From NCBI RefSeq assembly GCF_009914755.1, contig NC_060945.1: 64,000 nucleotides of DNA; one strand, written 5' to 3'. Shown in pieces: positions 56,298 to 64,000 of this stretch. The translations under genes were made by a program, and so were the position numbers. Position 1 is the first letter of the stretch. Every line of letters begins with the position of its first letter. The notes below the pieces were generated by a model. It did no database searches, was not told the origin of the DNA, and saw only the letters and a program-made list of their open reading frames with translations. The stretch is from the human T2T-CHM13v2.0 reference genome, Homo sapiens.

Positions 56298-58149
56298 AAG
56301 CAGTTTCCTATGGTCTCCAGAACACCCCCAGCCCCTGACACCTTCCTGAAAATGTTTATGCTGGGGCTCTCTTGACACTGTCAGAAGCTGTCAACAGGAA
56401 GGTGTTAGACACCTTCTCCAATGATCCTTAGTCATTTGGTAACTAAAATGTCAGGAGAGTGGTTTCCCATCATGACACCAGGAATTACAACAATATGCCT
56501 ACCCTCACCATGCCATGGCTGTGGCATGGAGAACATAAGACGCTACAGTGGCGTCTGCATCCTGGCTTTGGAGTGGTTAAACTAGGAACAAACAGAACTG
56601 AGAGACTGTAGAATATGATTTCATCCTCAGGAAGCCCACTACAGTGAGTCAACTGAGACTTACTGACACACAACTTCAGGAGGGGCCATTCATGTTGAGT
56701 CTATGAGAATATGCCCTCGGAGGTGGCCGGTAGACATGGAAATAAGGAAACCAGAGCTCAGGGGGCAGAAAATTGCCTGGAACATGCCAACGGTCTAAGC
56801 AGAATCAGAAGTTGATCCCAGGTCTTGAGGCTCAGAGCCTCTGAGCCTTCCATGGAGTATCTCCACGCTCATTAATACAGGAGGGCTGATGGTAAACAGA
56901 CATTTGGAAACCTCTATCATTTTAGCCACCCACCTCTCTAGGTAGAACCTCGCCTAGCTGGGACCTTGCTGATGTAATATCATAGTAATGGGCCTTATTT
57001 ATCCAACTGATATGCTCCTGAAAGCATGCACGGCTTTCTGTAAATGGGAATCCATTTTAAATACATGAGGAAAAATTGTTCTTTAAAGGAAGTCCGAGGT
57101 GAATCCCTACTTCCCTCTGGTCCCAAAGGTACCTAATTAGTCATTTGAAGAAGGCGACATGGGTTAGGTAAAAGAATATTTAGGCTTCTGAAGCTGACTG
57201 GGTTCAAATCCGGGATCGTCATTTCCTCACTGTGATGTCAGACGAGTCATCAACTCTCTCCCTCCGCGTCGTCCTCTGTGATGCAGGTGCATGTGCCTAC
57301 CTGGGAGTGTTGGAGGATAAGAGTCCCAGGACATGGTGGGAGCTCAGCGTTCCTGTCCCTCAATTTCTTTTTATAAGGAAAATTATCATCCCTACCATCC
57401 CTGCCTCCCACTGCTTGAGGAGCAAAATGAGGCAGGATTTGTGATATTGCTCTGAAAATTGAACAGCACCAGCACCAGGCAAACAGGAGAGATTATGATG
57501 CAGATGGCTGTGTGTTGAGTGCTCCCATCACATGAGAGTCCTATGATGCTTCTTCCCTGTGCTGCGAGGGCTTCATCTCCTAAGCACTAAATGCTAAATT
57601 CCCCCTCCCACGCCCATCGCCACTGTCCTCACGGATCCTCGCAGCAGCTTCCCAATCGGTCTCCCTGTCTCCAGCCTCACCACCCCCAACTCTCCTCCAC
57701 CTAGAAGCTAGAGTGGTGTTCCCAAAAAGGAAACATATTTACAGTCAGTCTGTCTCCTGCCAAATTGTAATTTCTGATGGAAGGGGCTTTCTGGGTGTTA
57801 TTCGCCCATGTGAGCCCGCCTCTAGCGTGGAGCTTGGCACAGGGAGGGTTCAGCATATGTCTGTTAAGTGCCCGGTTATGGATGCAGCCTGTAGGGTTCC
57901 ACTGGCCTATTGCACTTTCTGTGTCCTGCCAGGATGCGGGTGGCATTCTGGAGGCCTCTCCAGCTGGGGCAGTCCATGAGCTCCAGAAAGTTCACATCAA
58001 AGGGGTGGCCCTGGCTCCATGAGGAAGAGTACAGGCTCTGAAATCAGACCCAGGGTTCTGAATACCATTCCCACCTCTCACCAATCAACTATCAATTCTG
58101 TGCCTCAGTTTCTCGTCTGTAAAATGAGAATGATAATAATGCCTGCTAA

Positions 58150-59350
58150 TAGGGTCATTTTTGTATTAAATAACTGAGAATATTGCCTGAAATCCTTGCC
58201 AACCCACATTATTTTGAAACAAGTCTCATTTCATCCATAAATATGGCAGCATGTGTCTCCACTAGATAAGAGCTCTCACACACACAATACCACTATCACA
58301 CCTAAAGTATTAACAATAATTCCATAATATCATCCAACCAGTGTTCAAATTTCTCTAATTGTCTCATAAACAATTTTGTCATTTTGTTCAAATCAGGACT
58401 GAATAAGGTCCATCTATTGCAAGAGACTGATAGGGGTACTGGGATTCTTTTGATCTATAGCAGGGGTTGGCAGACTTTCACTGAAAAGGGTTAGACAGCA
58501 AGTATTTTGGTCTTTGTGGGCCCTTCTGTCTTTGTTGCTATGACTTAAACGAATGGCTATGGCTGTGTTTCAATAAAACTTTATTTATAAAAACAGGCAG
58601 TTGGCCAGATTTGGTCCCAAGAAGGCAGATTGCTAACCTGTGATGTACAGGCTTGTTCAGATTCAGGGTTTTTTTGTTTTGTTTTGTTTGGCGATAACAT
58701 GTCATAGATGGGTAGCATTGCGGATTTCCATCCGAAGGCTTAGAATGTCAGGGTGTTTCTCTTTCCCTCTCCCTCTAATATTATCAGCCATGTACATTCG
58801 GTGTCCAGATTCATTAACTCATTAAGGGAAGTAAAATGGCAACATTCTAATTCTATCGTCCCTTCATTTATTAGCTGCAATACTTTTACAAAGAGAAACT
58901 CGCCTTTATCTACTATTTGCTTATACTGACGTATAGTTTGTACAGGAAAGTTAAGATAATACATGCTTGATCCCTTTCCTTTCTTTACCAGCTTTTAAAA
59001 ATAATGAGTTGGGCTTCTTAGCATTCTTCAAAGATAATCAATGTACTTTTAAAAAGAACATTATGAGCAAATAGATTTCAACATAATTGAAGTGTTTTGA
59101 GGCATTGCAGTTACTGCCTTTAATGATGTTTAAATTGTCTCCGTTTTGCCCCAGCTTATGACAAGACCTCAGAAGTCTTTGATAACATCCTTGCTTTCTG
59201 GTGTGATGAGATATTCTAGGGTTATCTTATTCAGTTTATAAAATCAGCCTTCTCCAAAAAGCCCTGGTTCTCTCTGGAGGGAAGTGATATTTAGTAACCC
59301 TAATATGATACTAAGGATACTTATTGTTTCCAGAACTTTTCAGTAGATAT
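58150..59350 (-). mobile_element. L1MC-type 3' region
   Basis: cacaataccactatcacacctaaagtattaacaataattcc...ttcaaatcaggactgaataaggtccatctattgca. Confidence 0.6.
58461..58641. mobile_element. MER58A DNA transposon inside an old L1
   Basis: caggggttggcagacttt...ggctgtgtttcaataaaactttatttataaaaacaggcagttggccagatttgg. Confidence 0.8.
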
Positions 59351-61888
59351 ATCAAAGGATCATTTTTTTAAAGGCCTCAGAAATACAGAATTCAGAATAC
59401 TGAAATTTCTGAATCAGTTCAGGACCACAGCTGGCGCCTCTATGGGTAAGGTAAGTATGTGGGAGGTAAGATCCCCCATGATCAAAGCTGTTTGCGTCCC
59501 TCGGCCCAGCCCGATCAAACTTCTGGATGCCATCAAAGAGATCTGCCTAACCTAAAGATCATTGTTCTTTAAAAGAAAAACAAGTTCATTAATCATGTGA
59601 GGAGGCTTGGGGCCAGGATATAAAGTTAATGACAAGGGACTCCCTTCTATTAAAAGGACTATGTGCAAACAGGCATGCCTGGAGGAAGCCAAGGACCACG
59701 ATAAAGGAAAACAAACACCTTATGATTCATCTAACATAGGCCCGGTTACAATCGCAGGTGTAAAAGGAACTGGGAGCTGGCAGTGAGAGACAACAAACAT
59801 CAGTGGAACATGGGATGGTGACTCTTTCTGGCTGAGCGCCACACGTTCCTACCAGGAATCTTCTATTAGTCATTTGGGCTGGAGAGTGAGATCCTTCCTC
59901 GCTCTCCACCGTCCAGGGTCATGTTTAATGGTGATGTTTGTTCTTTCCAAGGAGAGAAGGCCCATCTAATTGCAGGGCTTTTGTTTTCCTGAATGGACTC
60001 AGGAAGGCCATGGCTGAAAACGAGGGTGCTGAGAGGCTGTAAGGAGAAGGGAAGGAGTTGGAGGCTCTGGTGGAGTGAGGAAGAGCAGGGCAGTATCCCA
60101 TGTCCTCTGATGTTAGGGGTGAGGTCAGGAGGGTGGGTCTCACCTTCTCCTTTCTCTGCCCTGCATCGGTCACCATGGTTTAAAAATCAATGCTATTCCA
60201 TGAGAGGGCTGCCACTTATCATTTCAGTTCCAACACCTGGAAAGTAAAATTATTGTCTCCCAAATCCACCCAGCACCATAGGCTTGAATAGGGATCATAT
60301 GCTCTAAGACCATTCATGAAAACAGAGACAACCAAGGAGACAGTCACCCAATGCTGTCCCTTCAGCTTGCATTATTTTCTGACAAGACAGCTCTGCCATC
60401 CATGGAAGCCTGTGTGCTCCTCCATCCCTGGATCTTTATGCATCCTTTTCCCCACAAACCCAAACCATCCCTCTTAAAATGAAAAGCTTAGGAATACTCA
60501 CCCTAGACTGAGTCACGCGTTTCTTGTACAAACTTTAATTAGACTTGATTTTTTAAAAATTTCCCTTGTGGCTTTTAATTATTAGACAGAGCAAATGTCT
60601 CTAGTATTAAACTTATATGTCACATAGCCTCTTTATCAATGGCCCTAATACATTTCATGTGCTTTTCAGAAAGATTATATTCTTCCCAGAGCTGTCTGAA
60701 TGTCTTTTTGAACCCCTCAAGACTGGACACCAAGGAGTATAAATAATCATTTTAAAAAAAATCACATTCCCTCCACAACCTTGAATCTGAAACGTGAATA
60801 TATGAATAGAAGGGCTCTGGAATAACTATGCAGATTTATGGAGAATATCAACTTAAGTTATATCACGGGATCCAGCTATGCCTTTCTTCATGGAGTTGGG
60901 GATTTGTTAAAGTTGAGATATAGTTTGGGGGAAGTGTGATTTATGGTTAAAGTCATCTGAAAATCAATACATTTGAAGATCTCTGACATAAAGGTCCCTT
61001 GCAGAGCTAGACGTGATTCTAAAATTGGGAACACAGGAATAAAAATCAAATCTTGAGTAGAAGTAGCTGAAAATTGCAGTGATTCGGGGAAGCTTGGCTT
61101 CTAACTCCCCACTGTTTGAAGATGGGCTTGTTTGTTTTTTAAAACAGCCAACATAATTCAGCTGGAGGAGGTACAAAGAATTTTCTATTCCTTGTTTCTG
61201 TAGAAATCGATGGACTTTAGCTTGTCTAATTGTCCCCCCTGCCTTTAGTATCTAAAATAAAATAACCCTCGTTGCTTGCATTACTCAACGCATTTCTGCG
61301 TCTTGGCGTCTATGGCTAAACGAGTATTAATTAGACAGTCCGCAGAGAGCTGGCTGGGGATAGAAGGGGAGGTGGGGGAGAAGGGCAGGGATCACAGCAG
61401 GGTGGACTCGTGGCCCTGATTTGGGATCCTGACAGCAACTTACTAGGTGGCCTGAGGGCTGGGTGCCAGGGGAGGCAGCGGGTTCCAGTAGCATCTGACC
61501 TGCATTAGGGACAGGGGCGCGGCGGAGGGGGCGAAGGGGGCGGGGGTGGGGGGAAGGTGGCTGGGGTGAAGCCCAGCTTCGCAGCTAGCTGTGGGCAACA
61601 GAGGGAGTAAGGGGGGGCAATGAGGCTGGGGCCAGGCGCCAGCAGCAGCCACGCCCCCCACCTCCCCCGATTTTTAGGGAAAATTCTCCAAAGCTCTCGC
61701 ATCCTCCTCTGCCTCCTTCCACCCTCCACCCTCCCAGCCTCCACTGAGACCTCTTTAAAACCACCCAGGGGCCGCCGGGGGATGAGGCCGGGGAACGGGC
61801 TGGACTGAGGGCGGGGGCTCGGGGGCAGCGGACGGGAAACGCCTCGAAAGCAGCCAGACCCGGCGACTGAAATGAGGCGGAGGAGCTT

Positions 61889-61961
61889 GGCGAGGGGAGG
61901 CGCAGGCTCGGAAAGGCGCGCGAGGCTCCAGGCTCCTTCCCGATCCACCGCTCTCCTCGCT
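61889..61961 (+). ncRNA. MIR3197: pre-miR-3197 hairpin (mature about 61896-61918)
   Basis: GGCGAGGGGAGGCGCAGGCTCGGAAAGGCG...CACCGCTCTCCTCGCT matches the recalled hsa-mir-3197; ends pair (GCGAGGGGAG / CTCTCCTCGC). Confidence 0.85.
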
Positions 61962-62595
61962 GACCTCCGAGTCACCCCCGGAAGCTCCCGCCACTGCCGG
62001 GCGAATAGACCCCCGCGGACCCCCAAGCGCGCGGGGCCGGGGCCCTAGTTCAGGCCCTCGCTGCCCCTTTAAGGGTTCTCGAAACTTTCCCCCCGGTATC
62101 AGATGAGCCTCGTCACATCCGTTGGCCGTGGCCGCTGGGGCGCTTTCCGAGGAAATTCGGGACTCGAGTTTCCCGGGGAAGAGGCGCGGCCTGAGCCCGG
62201 CGAGGGTGGGGAGGGCAGGCGCAGGTGGACCCCGGCGCCCCCCGAGCCCCGCTGTGACCTTGGCCGCGGGGGAGGGGCTGGGCCGCTGCGGGGCAGTCGC
62301 GGCCGCCAGAGGGGGCAGCGGAGAAGAACTTGCCCAACTTGGCGGCGCGGGCTGGGGCGGCTCTGCGCCTCCGCGCCCGCCTCCCCGGCCTCCGCCTTCT
62401 CCCCTCCCGCGAGCCTCCTCCCCTCCCGCGAGCCTCCTCCCCTGGGCCCTCCTCCCGTCCTCCCCGCCGCCGCCGGTCCCGGTGCGCGCCCATCCCTGCC
62501 CGCAGCCCCGCGCGCCGGCCGAGTCGCTGAGCCGCGGCTGCCGGACGGGACGGGACCGGCTAGGCTGGGCGCGCCCCCCGGGCCCCGCCGTGGGC

Positions 62596-62907
62596 ATGGG
62601 CGCACTGGCCCGGGCGCTGCTGCTGCCTCTGCTGGCCCAGTGGCTCCTGCGCGCCGCCCCGGAGCTGGCCCCCGCGCCCTTCACGCTGCCCCTCCGGGTG
62701 GCCGCGGCCACGAACCGCGTAGTTGCGCCCACCCCGGGACCCGGGACCCCTGCCGAGCGCCACGCCGACGGCTTGGCGCTCGCCCTGGAGCCTGCCCTGG
62801 CGTCCCCCGCGGGCGCCGCCAACTTCTTGGCCATGGTAGACAACCTGCAGGGGGACTCTGGCCGCGGCTACTACCTGGAGATGCTGATCGGGACCCCCCC
62901 GCAGAAG
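62596..62907 (+). CDS. BACE2: BACE2 (beta-secretase 2, aspartyl protease) coding exon 1: signal peptide, propeptide, start of mature domain
   Basis: ATG at 62596 in ggcATGg context; translates MGALARALLLPLLAQWLLRAAPELAPAPFTLPLRV...ANFLAMVDNLQGDSGRGYYLEMLIGTPPQK (104 codons), matching the known BACE2 N-terminus; phase-0 donor AAG|gtaggg at 62908. Confidence 0.98.
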
Positions 62908-64000
62908 GTAGGGACCCCCGGCTGCTGCCGCGGGCTTTTCGGGCTCGTTGGAGGGAGGGGGCTGTCCAGAGACGCCTCCACGCGGCTTAGCGTCGCCCCC
63001 AAAGCAGCAGCTGTCCCCGCACAGAAGAGCGGGGAACGCAGAGGGGCTCGGGTGGGCCGGGGAGCGGGGGCGCTCGCTCTTGAGTCGCGGAGGACGGCAG
63101 CCCCCGCCCGGGGCGCACTGAGGGGTGTGCGCGAGTGTTTCAGAACTTGTGAGCTCCCCCTCCGCGGGGCTGGGCGGGAGAGGAGACCTGGAACTTGCCG
63201 CCTCCAATAACGTGATTTCCTTCTTGCGGGCGACACCTACTTCCAGCGGGAGACGGAGCGGTGGGCCTTGGGCGACGGGCTATTATGGGGAAAATCACCT
63301 CGTGTTCATACCCTCCCTCCCCCCCGCCCCCCCCCCACCCCACCACCATGCTGTCTCATTGCTAAAGAGGCTCGTGGCCGGCTTCCAAAGGCGCAGTACC
63401 CTTTAAAAAGGATTTATGCATGAGCTCAGCTAAAAGCAACCCGGTTAAGAAGTGGCTCGCTTGCTGCTCTGAGGAAGGAGCAGCGTCTCCCCTGCGCCCG
63501 CTTTCCTTTCTCGGAGTTGGTTTGTCAGCTGTGTCCTCGCTCATCCGGCGGCCCTGCCCCTCTGCACGGAGCGATGCATCTACACGCGGGTGTGCAGAGT
63601 GTGAAAAGCATTCCAGCTACCGGGAAAAAAACAGGGGCTGAGTGAGGTGTCCGGGGACCAAGTGGTATCCCGATTACAACACAAAAATAAAATCAAACAG
63701 CTTTCCTTTTCTCTTACTCTGATGTTCATTTACTAACACTTTTTGTAGCAAGAAACAAATGTTCCCAAGCACAGTGATCTGAAAAAAAAAAAAAAAAAAT
63801 CCCAATTGATCTGCCCCCTCCTACTTTCAAACTGTCTAATCCAAGTGGGATTTGAAGTCCTTTGCTCAATTGAATGCACTATTTGAAGATAGTTTATTTT
63901 TATTTTTAACATTGTCATTTGGGTTTTGATTCAGCTATGATTCCCCCATAAATAGAACATACTCATGACTTTTGTATAATTCTCATTAAATTATTCAAGA

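Larger units (their letters stand above)
61480..63330 (+). promoter_or_regulatory. BACE2: CpG island / GC-rich promoter and 5' leader of BACE2
   Basis: Abrupt rise in GC and CpG density around exon 1, GC-box-like (GGGCGG) motifs and G-tracts; no evident TATA box near the ATG. Confidence 0.9.

Noticed and set aside
59425-59448. CTCF-like motif (minus strand CCCATAGAGGCGCCAG)
   Set aside because: One base short in the core spacing; weak match
62908-63210. Continuation of the BACE2 ORF past 62907
   Set aside because: Intron 1 read-through after the canonical GT donor; the sequence departs from BACE2 protein
61755-63236. Long antisense and alternate-frame ORFs (362, 295, 215 aa) over BACE2 exon 1
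   Set aside because: Expected in very GC-rich CpG-island DNA; no recognisable domains; the ATG at 62103 is probably upstream of the main TSS

Overview
Human genomic DNA, recognisable as chr21q22 just upstream of BACE2. The only protein-coding sequence is BACE2 exon 1 (62596-62907, +), inside a CpG-island promoter that also carries the MIR3197 hairpin. The other ~61 kb is repeat-rich intergenic DNA: 20 Alus, old L1M/L2/MIR fragments, MaLR/ERV solo LTRs (MLT1, MST, THE1, MER52, LTR16-like) and MER/Tigger DNA transposons. It also holds a young 5'-inverted L1PA2-type insertion, a 5'-truncated RPL22 processed pseudogene and probably the lncRNA LINC00323 (- strand). The least explained signal is a cluster of short local copies between about 19 and 49 kb: a 134-bp 96%-identical inverted repeat made from an ancient MIR (downstream of two sense LTRs and followed by AATAAA), a 56-bp inverted repeat, and three short dispersed duplications. 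Repeat subfamily calls are by eye from recalled consensus sequences, and many repeat boundaries are approximate.
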